DNA from: Sphingomonadales bacterium
GTDB lineage: Bacteria > Bacteroidota > Bacteroidia > NS11-12g > UBA955
DNA length: 64,000 nt
Direction: 5' to 3'
Assembly: GCA_016872175.1 (NCBI GenBank)
Contig: VHBA01000003.1
Span: 790 to 64,789 of the forward strand
Made by a program: the position numbers and the translations under genes. The notes beneath the pieces are model-generated. The model ran no database searches and was not told the DNA's origin. It saw nothing but the letters and a program-made list of their open reading frames with translations. Below are positions 9,732 through 19,124 of the stretch, one piece after another; the first letter of the stretch is position 1; each line of letters opens with the position of its first letter.

Positions 9732-10619
9732 ATGCCGAGTCAAAAAGAAATACGCAGCCGGATTTCATCCACCATTAGCACACAGCAAATCACCAAGGCT
9801 ATGAAGTTGGTGAGCGCTACCAAGCTGAGAAAGGCCAGTGATGCAATCGTACGCATGCGTCCTTATGCGGAAAAATTGAAAGGCATTATGGCCAACCTTC
9901 AGGATAGCATTGATGATCCTCAACTGGCTGTTTACTTTCAGCCACGTAAAGTAAAGAAGGTGCTTATTGTTGTTATAAGCAGCGACCGTGGACTTTGCGG
10001 AGCATTTAATTCCAATGTAATCAAACGCACCCGTTTGATTCTCACAGAAAAATATGCTGAGCAGACCAAAGCGGGTAATGTTACCCTGCTGTGTATCGGT
10101 AAAAAAGGGGGGGAATTCCTGAGTCGTCTAAAGTATACGGTGGATTCAACCTACATGCAAGCACTTACTGTGCTCGATGCTGAAAAAGCCTTTGAAATTG
10201 GCGAACACATTTTGCAAAGCTTCCGCGATGGTTCACATGATCAGGTGGAGCTGGTTTTCAATCAGTTTAAGAATGCAGCCACCCAGATTCTTACCAATGA
10301 AGTTATCCTTCCGGTAATTCCTCAGGTGAAAACGGCAACAGCTAATGCCGGTCGCCTGAATGACTATATTTTTGAGCCTAACAAAGTACAGATTCTGCAG
10401 GATTTGATTCCCAGAAGTGTTAAGACTCAGGTTTACCGCGCAATGCTTGATTCTCTTGCATCCGAACACGGAGCCCGCATGGTGGCTATGGATAAGGCTA
10501 CTGAAAATGCAGGAGAACTGCTATTTAGCTTGCGTTTGGCCTATAACCAGGCACGTCAGGCAGCCATTACCCGCGAAATCAGTGAGATTGTGGGTGGTGT
10601 TGCAGCTTTGGAAGGTTAA
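9732..10619 (+). CDS. atpG: F1 subunit gamma
   Basis: QITKAMKLVS, SDRGLCGAFN, ARQAAITREISEIVGG. Confidence 0.99.
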   Translation: MPSQKEIRSRISSTISTQQITKAMKLVSATKLRKASDAIVRMRPYAEKLKGIMANLQDSIDDPQLAVYFQPRKVKKVLIVVISSDRGLCGAFNSNVIKRTRLILTEKYAEQTKAGNVTLLCIGKKGGEFLSRLKYTVDSTYMQALTVLDAEKAFEIGEHILQSFRDGSHDQVELVFNQFKNAATQILTNEVILPVIPQVKTATANAGRLNDYIFEPNKVQILQDLIPRSVKTQVYRAMLDSLASEHGARMVAMDKATENAGELLFSLRLAYNQARQAAITREISEIVGGVAALEG

Positions 10620-10638
10620 GTTTAAACTGGATTATATG

Positions 10639-10668
10639 AAAACGCCTCGCATTTGCGAGGCGTTTTTT
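10639..10668. terminator. Bidirectional intrinsic terminator
   Basis: AAAACGCCTCGCA-TT-TGCGAGGCGTTTTTT between convergent atpG and the 10667 gene. Confidence 0.88.
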
Positions 10669-11155
10669 ATTCGTGCTCTTCGTGTCCATCTGCATCATGC
10701 GATGCCGATGGTTCGGTTTGTATTTCCTGAATATGCCTAATTTTTCCGCCTAGCCAGCCTGCCCGGGCAGATAATGTGCACCCTGCGGCAACAGCCAGCA
10801 GTAAAACCCATTGAGCAACACCTGCGTATTTATGGTTTTTTAGCAACAAAAATCCGGCGAGTAATGAAAGTATACCTGATGCTATGTTAAAAGGCATAGC
10901 GGCTTCTGCAGCCTCTTCATGCTCATGAATGGCGTCATGTGAAATTCCAATAATATGCTCAACTGCCTCTTCAGCAGCCTCGCCGGTATTGCCTGCGATG
11001 AAACCTCCGATGGCAGAAATCAATGTGAAGGAAAAAGCCAGTAAAAATGTATTTCTGGATTTTTGGTACATGCCCCAGGCAATTGCCATTAATGAAAATA
11101 ACAGCCCCTGTACCGGCAGGTGGTTGATGATCAGGTGCAGGTGTGCAGCATTCAA
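10667..11155 (-). CDS. DUF2231-like membrane protein with His/Glu motifs
   Basis: HLHLIINHLP, TGEAAEE, IHEHEEAAE, GGKIRH, four TM, TTG start. Confidence 0.7.
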   Translation of the reverse strand: MNAAHLHLIINHLPVQGLLFSLMAIAWGMYQKSRNTFLLAFSFTLISAIGGFIAGNTGEAAEEAVEHIIGISHDAIHEHEEAAEAAMPFNIASGILSLLAGFLLLKNHKYAGVAQWVLLLAVAAGCTLSARAGWLGGKIRHIQEIQTEPSASHDADGHEEHE

Positions 11156-11160
11156 GATTT

Positions 11161-11589
11161 TTATTTTCTGCGAATGTAAACAACAATTCCGTCCAGGTGT
11201 GAGATGATAGCACTTTCCCCTGCCTGTAATGTTTCATCACCGGTTGTGGCACTTTGCCATTCGGTACCGCGGTATTTTATTTTCCCTGTTTTACCGGGAG
11301 CAACATCTTCAACCACAACAACAGTTTGGCCTTTGTGTTCTTCAAAACGCTCTTCGTTGGAGGGGCCGAACCACAGTATTAACTTCTTGCGCAGCAAAAT
11401 AACACCCAAGGCCGAAACCGCTGAGAATGTCAACCATTGGGCTGTTGTATTCATTGGCACACCCATCCAAAGCAATGCTGAGGTAAACAGTGCACCGGCA
11501 CCAAGAAAAATAACGAAGAAGGTACCAAAAGCAACATCAGCCAGAATCAGCGTTAATCCGGCAGCGCCCCATATAATTTCAGCACTCAT
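11161..11589 (-). CDS. NfeD-family protein (short form)
   Basis: N-terminal TMs plus OB-fold GKIKYRGTEWQS, downstream of an SPFH gene. Confidence 0.88.
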   Translation of the reverse strand: MSAEIIWGAAGLTLILADVAFGTFFVIFLGAGALFTSALLWMGVPMNTTAQWLTFSAVSALGVILLRKKLILWFGPSNEERFEEHKGQTVVVVEDVAPGKTGKIKYRGTEWQSATTGDETLQAGESAIISHLDGIVVYIRRK

Positions 11590-12515
11590 GATTTGGATTT
11601 GCTGTTATCGTTTTGTTGTTTAATAACGCCCATGGCAGCAGAAATCATAGATCCCATATCTGCAAAATTGGCAGGCAGAATCATGGTGTTGGTGCTTTTG
11701 GCAAGTTTGCCATATTGTTCCACCAAATTCTCAGCCACCCGCAGCTGTACGGCTTCGAAACCGCCTTTTTCCTGCAACGCTGAGGCTACCTCACGTATTC
11801 CCTCTGCGGTTGCGCTTGCTACGGCTTTAATCGCTGCTGCTTGACCTTCTGCTTCGTTTATTTGTTGCTGGCGCATGGCTTCAGATTCCAATACTACCTT
11901 CTGCTTTTGACCCTCGGCCTGGTTGATGGCACTTTGCTTTTCACCTTCCGAAGTCAGAATAACAGCGCGTTTCTCACGCTCTGCCTGCATTTGTTTTTCC
12001 ATGGCATTTAGCACCGATTTGGGTGGTGTGATGTTCTTTATCTCATAACGAAGAATTTTCACACCCCAACCGGATGAGGCTTCATCAATGGCAGAAACGA
12101 TAGCACCATTGATGTTGGTCCGTTCTTCAAACGTTTTATCCAGGTCGATTTTACCGATTTCACTGCGCATGGTAGTTTGTGCCAGCTGAATAACGGCAAA
12201 CTGATAATTTGAAATACCATAGGAGGCTTTAGCCGGATCAATAACCTGCGCGAAAACTACCCCATCTACGGCTACCTGTACGTTATCTTTGGTAATGCAA
12301 ATCTGTTCAGGAATATCCATGGCAGCCTCTTTCAGAGAATGCTTGTAAGCAACCCTGTCAAAAAAGGGAATAATAATATTGAAACCGGGTTGCAAAACTT
12401 CATGGAATTTTCCCAGTCTTTCTACCACGTATGCGTTTTGCTGTGGAATGACTTTAATGGATCTCAGAATGACGAGGACGACCAGCGTCACGAGAATAGA
12501 AATAAAAATATTCAT
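11586..12515 (-). CDS. SPFH/stomatin-like (paraslipin/QmcA) protein
   Basis: VVERLGKF, QICITKDNV, LAQTTMRSEIGK, KQMQAEREKRA. Confidence 0.93.
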   Translation of the reverse strand: MNIFISILVTLVVLVILRSIKVIPQQNAYVVERLGKFHEVLQPGFNIIIPFFDRVAYKHSLKEAAMDIPEQICITKDNVQVAVDGVVFAQVIDPAKASYGISNYQFAVIQLAQTTMRSEIGKIDLDKTFEERTNINGAIVSAIDEASSGWGVKILRYEIKNITPPKSVLNAMEKQMQAEREKRAVILTSEGEKQSAINQAEGQKQKVVLESEAMRQQQINEAEGQAAAIKAVASATAEGIREVASALQEKGGFEAVQLRVAENLVEQYGKLAKSTNTMILPANFADMGSMISAAMGVIKQQNDNSKSKS

Positions 12516-12599
12516 AGCTTTTAATTTTGATATTCAAATGTATGAATTAAAAGTATCCGAATAATTTGTTTTTATCGATAAAATTGCGTATATTGTATT

Positions 12600-14822
12600 T
12601 TACGCATCAAGGCGTTTCACCTGAATATACTGATGTGTTCCTTGAATTTTCTGCATTAGCAAATCAAGGTGCGCTTTACTATGCAGAAATACTTCCAGGC
12701 GTCCTTCAAAAGTTCCTTCTGCCTCATTTGCCTGAATATTAATGCTTCGCATATTCACCTCCATATCCTTGGAAATGATATCTGTAATTTTACTAACAAT
12801 ACCTACATCATCAATACCTCTTACAGACAAGATGGCTTCAAAAGGCTTTTCATATCCGTCGCTGCGCCAGGATGCGGCGATGATGCGGTAACCATACTGG
12901 CTCATCAGGCGTTGGGCATTGGGGCAGGAAGTGCGGTGAATTTTAACGCCTTCACCTACGGTAATAAAACCAAAAATAGGATCACCGGGCAAAGGGTTGC
13001 AGCATTTGGCCAGCTGGTACGACATTTCAAAGTCGTCGCCAATGACAATTTGTCCTTTTACCTTTTGCGTTTTTTTGGGGGAGGTCGGCTTTTCAGTCTT
13101 CGGCTTGGAAACGGACTTATTAACAGCAATGTCTTTTAATACAAGCTTCTCAACCTTGATATCCCCATTGGCAACTTTATGGTAAAACTCTGCCGCAGTG
13201 GTGGTTTGAAAATGCCGCATCAGTAATGCGATATTTTTCTCGGAAATGACTTCGCCCTGGCTTTTAAATTTGCGCTCCACCATTTCCTTACCCATACCCG
13301 CCAGCTTGGTTTTCTCCATTTTTAGGTATTCCCTGATTTTGCTTCGGGCTTTGCCAGTTTTTACCAGATCCAGCCAACCTGCATTGGCGCGGGGTTTTTG
13401 GGTGGTTAAAATTTCAACAATGTCTCCGTTCTTTAGCACATGACTGATAGGAACTAGCTTGTTGTTGACTTTAGCGCCAATGGTATGCAAACCTACCTGG
13501 CTGTGAACGGCAAAGGCAAAATCGAGTGCTGTGCTGCCCAGCGGAAGGTTCTTAACGTCTCCCCGAGGGGTAAATAGGTAAATTTCTTCGCCCAACAGGC
13601 TAAACCGGAATTCGCTTACCAGTTCCAGGGCGCTTAAATCCTGGTTTTCCAAGGTGTCTTTTACGTTGGATAACCAATTTTCAAAGGCTTGGTCCTGAGG
13701 GGTGCTGCTTTTAGATCCTTCTTTGTATCGCCAGTGGGCGGCAAGACCGCGTTCTGCCACGTCATCCATGCGCTTGCTGCGTATCTGTATTTCCACCCAG
13801 CGTCCTTTTGGTCCAAGTACTGTTGCATGCAATGCTTCATAACCGTTGCTTTTGGGCTGGCTTAGCCAATCACGGAGCCTGTTGGCATGGCTGCGGTACT
13901 GATCGGTAATGATAGAATATACTTTCCAGCAATCTGCTTTTTCCAGAAACAGGGGAGAATCAATAACCACGCGGATGGCGAAGACATCATACACTTCCTC
14001 AAACGGTATTTGTTGCACCTTCATCTTGCGGGCAATGCCGTAAATACTTTTCGGCCTGCCTTTAATCTCCACGATTTTCATATCCGTTTTATCCAGTTCG
14101 GCACGCAAAGGCTCAATGAATTCGCGGATATAGCGCTGCCTTGATAATTTAGTTTCTGCCAGTTTTTGGGAAATTTCCCGATATAGTTCAGGCTCAGTGA
14201 ATTTCAGTGCCAGGTCTTCCATCTCTGTTTTGATGGCATTCAAACCCAGACGGTGTGCAAGGGGAGCGTAAATGAAATTTGTCTCTGAAGCAATTTTCAG
14301 TTTGGTGTTTTCGCTTACCGAACCCAATGTGCGCATATTGTGCAGCCTGTCGCATAATTTGATAAGGATAACCCTAAGGTCTTCACCCAGGGTGAGAAGC
14401 ATTTTCTTGAAATTCTCCGCCTGGATGCTATGGTCTTTGTCAACGTTGTCAAAAACCGTACTGATTTTGGTTAAACCGTCAATAATAGAAGCTACCTTAG
14501 GACCAAAGCGATGTTCAATATCGTCCAGGGTGATTTCGGTATCCTCCACCACATCATGCAATAAGGCACAGATTACGCTGTTAGGGCCCAGGCCAAGCTC
14601 GCTTACGGCAATCTGCGCTACTGCCAGCGGGTGAAAGATGTAGGGCTCGCCGCTTTTGCGGACCATGCCTTCGTGTGAACGGGCGGCTAGATCGAAGGCA
14701 TCTCGGACTTTATTTAATTTATCCTTTGAAACATCCTTATCCAGCGAGCGCAGCAGATGTCGATACCGCTTCAGCAGTTCTGATCTGTAAATCTCATAGG
14801 TTTCGCCTTCCAGCAGTGGCAT
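12600..14822 (-). CDS. relA: RelA/SpoT family (p)ppGpp synthetase/hydrolase
   Basis: RKSGEPYIFHP, LHDVVED, DRLHNMRTL, synthetase region NGYEALH, TGS, AKCCNPLPGD and ACT domains. Confidence 0.95.
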   Translation of the reverse strand: MPLLEGETYEIYRSELLKRYRHLLRSLDKDVSKDKLNKVRDAFDLAARSHEGMVRKSGEPYIFHPLAVAQIAVSELGLGPNSVICALLHDVVEDTEITLDDIEHRFGPKVASIIDGLTKISTVFDNVDKDHSIQAENFKKMLLTLGEDLRVILIKLCDRLHNMRTLGSVSENTKLKIASETNFIYAPLAHRLGLNAIKTEMEDLALKFTEPELYREISQKLAETKLSRQRYIREFIEPLRAELDKTDMKIVEIKGRPKSIYGIARKMKVQQIPFEEVYDVFAIRVVIDSPLFLEKADCWKVYSIITDQYRSHANRLRDWLSQPKSNGYEALHATVLGPKGRWVEIQIRSKRMDDVAERGLAAHWRYKEGSKSSTPQDQAFENWLSNVKDTLENQDLSALELVSEFRFSLLGEEIYLFTPRGDVKNLPLGSTALDFAFAVHSQVGLHTIGAKVNNKLVPISHVLKNGDIVEILTTQKPRANAGWLDLVKTGKARSKIREYLKMEKTKLAGMGKEMVERKFKSQGEVISEKNIALLMRHFQTTTAAEFYHKVANGDIKVEKLVLKDIAVNKSVSKPKTEKPTSPKKTQKVKGQIVIGDDFEMSYQLAKCCNPLPGDPIFGFITVGEGVKIHRTSCPNAQRLMSQYGYRIIAASWRSDGYEKPFEAILSVRGIDDVGIVSKITDIISKDMEVNMRSINIQANEAEGTFEGRLEVFLHSKAHLDLLMQKIQGTHQYIQVKRLDA

Positions 14823-14832
14823 GTATCGGTTT

Positions 14833-16203
14833 TCAGGATTTGTTTAATGCTGCAAAATGGTGGAAGAAACGGGGAATGGTTTCAATTCCTTTGAAATAAT
14901 TGAAAATTCCGTAATGTTCATTGGGAGAGTGCAATGCGTCGCTGTCCAGTCCAAAACCCATCAGAACCACTTTGGTTTTAAGTTCTTTTTCAAACAAAGC
15001 CACAATAGGAATACTGCCACCACCGCGGGTTGGAATCGGATCTTTGCCAAAAGTGTCTTTCAGCGCTGCTGCCGCTGATTTATAGGCAATACTGTCGGTG
15101 GGTGTTAAAACCGGCTCGCCGCCATGGTGTGGTCTCACTTCCACTTTTATACCCGCAGGTGCGATGCTTTCAAAATGGTTTTTGAACAATTCCGTAATGG
15201 CTTCGCTGCTTTGATTGGGAACCAGGCGCATGCTTATTTTGGCGTATGCCTTGGAAGGTAAAACTGTTTTACTGCCTTCACCTGTATAACCTCCCCAGAT
15301 GCCATTCACATCCAGCGTGGGCCTGATACCGGTTCTTTCTATGGTGCTGAAACCTTTTTCTCCCAGGACATCGTTTACATTCAGGTCTGTTTTGTACTCT
15401 TCAATATCAAAGGGAATCCGCGACATAGCATCCCTGTCTTCAGCAGAGGTTTCCAATACATCATCATAAAACCCGGGAATGGTAATGTGGCGGTTTTCAT
15501 CATGCATGCTCGCAATCATGCTGCAAAGTGCATTGATGGGATTGGCTACGGCACCACCGTATACGCCGCTGTGAAGATCGCGATTCGGTCCGGTAACCTC
15601 CACTTCCACATAAGACAATCCGCGGAGTCCGACATCGATACTTGGACAATCATTGGCCACCATGGAGGTATCGCTGATCAGGATAACGTCGGCTTTTAGT
15701 TTTTCGCGGTTGTTTACGCAAAAAGGTCCGAGGTTACCACTGCCTACTTCTTCCTCCCCTTCAATCATGAATTTTACGTTGCAGCAGAGGCTGTCGGTTT
15801 TCATCATGGTTTCAAATGCTTTCACATACATGAAAAACTGTCCTTTATCGTCTGCGGCGCCGCGTGCGTATATTTTCCCATCCCTCACATTGGGCTCGAA
15901 TGCGGGTGTAGTCCAAAGCTCATCGGGGGCTGATGGTTGTACATCGTAATGTCCATAAATTAAAACTGTGGGCCATGCCGGATTGACCATTTTTTCACCA
16001 TACACAATGGGATGCCCTGCGGTTTCTTCTATACTCACATTATCAGCTCCTGCACTGCGCAGATGTGCAGCCACAGATTCGGCGCATGTTCTCACATCTC
16101 CGGCAAACGCACTATCGGCAGAAATACTTGGAATACGCAGTAAATCAAAAAGTTCCTGTAAAAAGCGGTCTTTGTTTTGTTCGATGTAGGCGTCTTGACT
16201 CAT
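14833..16203 (-). CDS. M20 family dipeptidase
   Basis: YGHYDVQP, ARGAADDKGQ, EGEEEVGS, DLHSG, HSPNE. Confidence 0.92.
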   Translation of the reverse strand: MSQDAYIEQNKDRFLQELFDLLRIPSISADSAFAGDVRTCAESVAAHLRSAGADNVSIEETAGHPIVYGEKMVNPAWPTVLIYGHYDVQPSAPDELWTTPAFEPNVRDGKIYARGAADDKGQFFMYVKAFETMMKTDSLCCNVKFMIEGEEEVGSGNLGPFCVNNREKLKADVILISDTSMVANDCPSIDVGLRGLSYVEVEVTGPNRDLHSGVYGGAVANPINALCSMIASMHDENRHITIPGFYDDVLETSAEDRDAMSRIPFDIEEYKTDLNVNDVLGEKGFSTIERTGIRPTLDVNGIWGGYTGEGSKTVLPSKAYAKISMRLVPNQSSEAITELFKNHFESIAPAGIKVEVRPHHGGEPVLTPTDSIAYKSAAAALKDTFGKDPIPTRGGGSIPIVALFEKELKTKVVLMGFGLDSDALHSPNEHYGIFNYFKGIETIPRFFHHFAALNKS

Positions 16204-16278
16204 AGTGCCCGCAATTTACATCAACCACTTGATTTTTTTTGTAACTGCAATTGATATATGTTATCTATTTTTGTGACA

Positions 16279-16452
16279 ATGAAAGATACTTCGGCCATTT
16301 CTGTTCAGGGTTTTAAAAATCAGTTTTTTCTCTGGGAAGTGATCATCACTATTCTGGTGTTTGTGGCTATTTATTTCTTTTTGAAAGCATTCAAGAATAA
16401 AGAGTCAGCGGCAAAAACCCATAATAACCAGTTTGAGCGCTTTGATGATTAA
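16279..16452 (+). CDS. Small single-TM hypothetical protein (57 aa)
   Basis: TATTTTTG element 5 nt before ATG 16279, one TM helix with a basic flank, ends 5 nt before the ZIP gene. Confidence 0.6.
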   Translation: MKDTSAISVQGFKNQFFLWEVIITILVFVAIYFFLKAFKNKESAAKTHNNQFERFDD

Positions 16453-16457
16453 ATGCC

Positions 16458-17288
16458 ATGATGCAGACACTGATTGATTTTTTTAAAGGAATGCATCCAC
16501 TAATGCAGGGCTTGGTGGCTACCGGTTTTACCTGGCTGGTAACAGCACTTGGGGCCTCGTTTGTCTTTTTTATGAAAGATATTCGCCGCGGATTTATGGA
16601 CACCATGCTGGGATTCACCGGTGGTGTGATGCTGGCGGCAAGTTTTTGGAGCCTGCTTAATCCTGCCATCTCCATGGCCGAATCGGCCTGGTCGCCGCAA
16701 TGGGCATGGGTTCCTGTTGCCATTGGTTTTTTATTGGGGGCATTTTTTATTTTCGGACTCGACCAGTTTCTGCCACACTTACATATTCACCAGCCCATGG
16801 AAAAAAGGGAAGGGGTAAAAACTGTCTGGAACCGCACTGTTTTGCTGGTATTGGCTATTACACTGCATAACATTCCCGAAGGCCTTGCCGTGGGCGTGGC
16901 TTTTGGTGCTGTGGCCGAAGGATTGCCCGGTGCCGATATGGCCGGTGCTATTGCGTTGGCTATTGGTATTGGCATTCAGGATTTTCCGGAAGGCCTGGCC
17001 GTGGCCATTCCGCTTAGAAGGTTTGGCATGAGTCGCACCAAATCCTTTCTGTGGGGGCAACTGAGCGGTGTGGTAGAACCGGTTGCAGGTGTGCTTGGGG
17101 TGGCGCTGGTAATGGTCGCACAACCATTATTGCCTTATCTGTTGGCGTTTGCAGCCGGCGCTATGATTTACGTGGTGGTGGAAGAGGTTATCCCCGAAAC
17201 CCAGCGCGACGGGCACACAGACAAAGCCACGCTTGGCCTTATTTTCGGCTTTGTACTGATGATGGCGTTGGATGTGGGATTGGGGTAA
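16458..17288 (+). CDS. ZIP family (GufA/ZupT-like) metal transporter
   Basis: LHNIPEGLAVG, GIQDFPEG, HLHIH loop, VVVEEVIPE. Confidence 0.94.
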   Translation: MMQTLIDFFKGMHPLMQGLVATGFTWLVTALGASFVFFMKDIRRGFMDTMLGFTGGVMLAASFWSLLNPAISMAESAWSPQWAWVPVAIGFLLGAFFIFGLDQFLPHLHIHQPMEKREGVKTVWNRTVLLVLAITLHNIPEGLAVGVAFGAVAEGLPGADMAGAIALAIGIGIQDFPEGLAVAIPLRRFGMSRTKSFLWGQLSGVVEPVAGVLGVALVMVAQPLLPYLLAFAAGAMIYVVVEEVIPETQRDGHTDKATLGLIFGFVLMMALDVGLG

Positions 17289-17289
17289 A

Positions 17290-18018
17290 TCAATAAAAAT
17301 ACCCGTTCGATTTTTTGAAATTGCTTAGGTTGAAGTAGTAGCTGAAACCTATGTGCAGAAAGCCTCCGCGGTAATTAAGCGGAAACTGTTTTTTCAAACC
17401 ATCGCTGTGAGCAACCATAATTGAGGCATCATTGCTTAAAGATTGTGTGTAGGTAATCCCAAACTCATAGCGGTTGTTGTTCTCTGAAGTTCCACCCATG
17501 GCAAAACCCAGGTAAAACATAGGGTAAATATTGCGGGTGCTATATTCGTTTATACGGAATGCAGGTTTTTTGTCATTGTTTGTTAGAGATGTACTGTCTC
17601 CTCGCAAGTTGAAATTGGCAACAATACCGAATTTTTCGGTAATGAAGTTTTGTGCATTAAACTGTTGCCTGAAATGCAGGCCCAACGGCACATTGATGCT
17701 CCAGAATTTTCGCACAATATCCGGATTGATGGCCAAGGTATCATTATTCAGTTTGTAGCCTTTCTGTACAAAATTGGCTCCAAATGCTATGCCAGCATTG
17801 CTGCTGATGTCATATACGCCATTTAGGCCCAGTGCAATTCCCAATCGGTTGCGTTTGGTGAAATTTGCAGGAAAGGTATCGCTGTTTGCCGTCCGGCTAA
17901 AATTGGCGCCTGCGTTGAATCCCAGCATTAGCCGGGTGTCTTTTTTGTCTTCCTGTGCGCAAAGACTTTGAAAGCTGAAAAGCAAAACAGATAAAACAAA
18001 AAACAAACGGTTTGGCAT
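17290..18018 (-). CDS. Outer-membrane beta-barrel protein (PorT-like family)
   Basis: Signal peptide, GFNAGANFS, FVQKGY, INVPL, aromatic C-terminal strand. Confidence 0.72.
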   Translation of the reverse strand: MPNRLFFVLSVLLFSFQSLCAQEDKKDTRLMLGFNAGANFSRTANSDTFPANFTKRNRLGIALGLNGVYDISSNAGIAFGANFVQKGYKLNNDTLAINPDIVRKFWSINVPLGLHFRQQFNAQNFITEKFGIVANFNLRGDSTSLTNNDKKPAFRINEYSTRNIYPMFYLGFAMGGTSENNNRYEFGITYTQSLSNDASIMVAHSDGLKKQFPLNYRGGFLHIGFSYYFNLSNFKKSNGYFY

Positions 18019-18022
18019 ACGG

Positions 18023-18030
18023 CAAATTTA
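18023..18030 (-). promoter_or_regulatory. -7 element TAAATTTG
   Basis: Exact TAnnTTTG, 4 nt before ATG 18018. Confidence 0.6.
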
Positions 18031-18098
18031 CAAGTAGGCGTATACAATACAAAGCATCAATTTTATTCTTGTTTTTCCGATGACCCTCTGAAAATGGG

Positions 18099-18106
18099 TA
18101 ACTTTG
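18099..18106 (+). promoter_or_regulatory. -7 element TAACTTTG
   Basis: Exact TAnnTTTG, 4 nt before ATG 18111. Confidence 0.6.
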
Positions 18107-18110
18107 CCCC

Positions 18111-19124
18111 ATGCAACAACGGGTGTGGCTTGATTCGCTTAGTAACTTCATGGAAAAACATGAATCGGATGCCATTTGGCAACAAAAAAAGCATGAAGCA
18201 GAGATTAAAAATCCATGGTTCACCCAAGCTTATATTTCAAAAAGCATCAACACCTGGATTGCTGCACTGGATAAGGATTCACAAAGTTGGCTGGCAAAAT
18301 ATTCACTTCCATCAGTGTTTTCTACTCAAACCATGGGCATTATTATGGCCGGCAATATTCCCTTGGTTGGTTTACATGACCTGCTTTGCGGCATTGTGTG
18401 TGGTTATAAGGTTAGAATAAAGGCCAGTTCGGATGATGAGGTGCTTATGAAATATGTGGTTGCGGGATGGATTGCTGCAAATCCGGATTTGCAGGGCAGA
18501 ATTGAATTTTCGGATAATTTTAAAGGATTGGATGCGGCCATTGCTACCGGCAGTAATAACAGCGGCCGCTATTTTGAATATTATTTCAGGAATATTCCGC
18601 ATTTATTGCGTGGGCACCGAAACAGCGTGGCTGTTGTATCTGAGGATTCTACAGAGGCAGCACTGACGGTGCTTGGAGAAGATATTTTCACCTATTTCGG
18701 ACTGGGTTGCCGCAATGTTACCCACTTGTTACTGCCGCGGGGCTTTGATATGGTTCGTCTTTTTCATGCCTGGGAACCCTTCTCAGGGTTGATTCACCAT
18801 CATAAATATTACAATAATTATCACTACCACAGGGCTGTATTGCTAATGAATCTGGACAAACATCTGGATAATGGTTTTGTGATTCTGAAGGAAACAGAGG
18901 ATGTTTATGCACCCGTTGGCATGGTGGGTTATCATTTTTACGAAGCGCTCGAGGATGTAAGGCAATATATCGAGCAAAATGAGCCACGTATTCAGGTTGT
19001 AACAGGTATGACTTCAACAGTTGAATTTGGAAAAGCCCAGCAACCCGGTTTGGCTGACTATGCAGACCACACAGATACCATAAAGTGGTTAATTGACAAC
19101 TATAAAGCCGAGGCCAGCAGCTGA
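18111..19124 (+). CDS. Acyl-CoA reductase (LuxC-like)
   Basis: NPWFT, IMAGNIPLVGLHD, IATGSNNS, YFGLGCRNV. Confidence 0.9.
   Translation: MQQRVWLDSLSNFMEKHESDAIWQQKKHEAEIKNPWFTQAYISKSINTWIAALDKDSQSWLAKYSLPSVFSTQTMGIIMAGNIPLVGLHDLLCGIVCGYKVRIKASSDDEVLMKYVVAGWIAANPDLQGRIEFSDNFKGLDAAIATGSNNSGRYFEYYFRNIPHLLRGHRNSVAVVSEDSTEAALTVLGEDIFTYFGLGCRNVTHLLLPRGFDMVRLFHAWEPFSGLIHHHKYYNNYHYHRAVLLMNLDKHLDNGFVILKETEDVYAPVGMVGYHFYEALEDVRQYIEQNEPRIQVVTGMTSTVEFGKAQQPGLADYADHTDTIKWLIDNYKAEASS

Noticed and set aside
16204-16265. Possible Zur/Fur box upstream of the ZIP operon
   Set aside because: Only a short CAATTG palindrome is present, with no convincing dyad.
16971-16994. ZIP TM5 motif QDFPEG rather than QNxPEG
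   Set aside because: QDxPEG occurs in characterised ZIPs such as Bordetella BbZIP.
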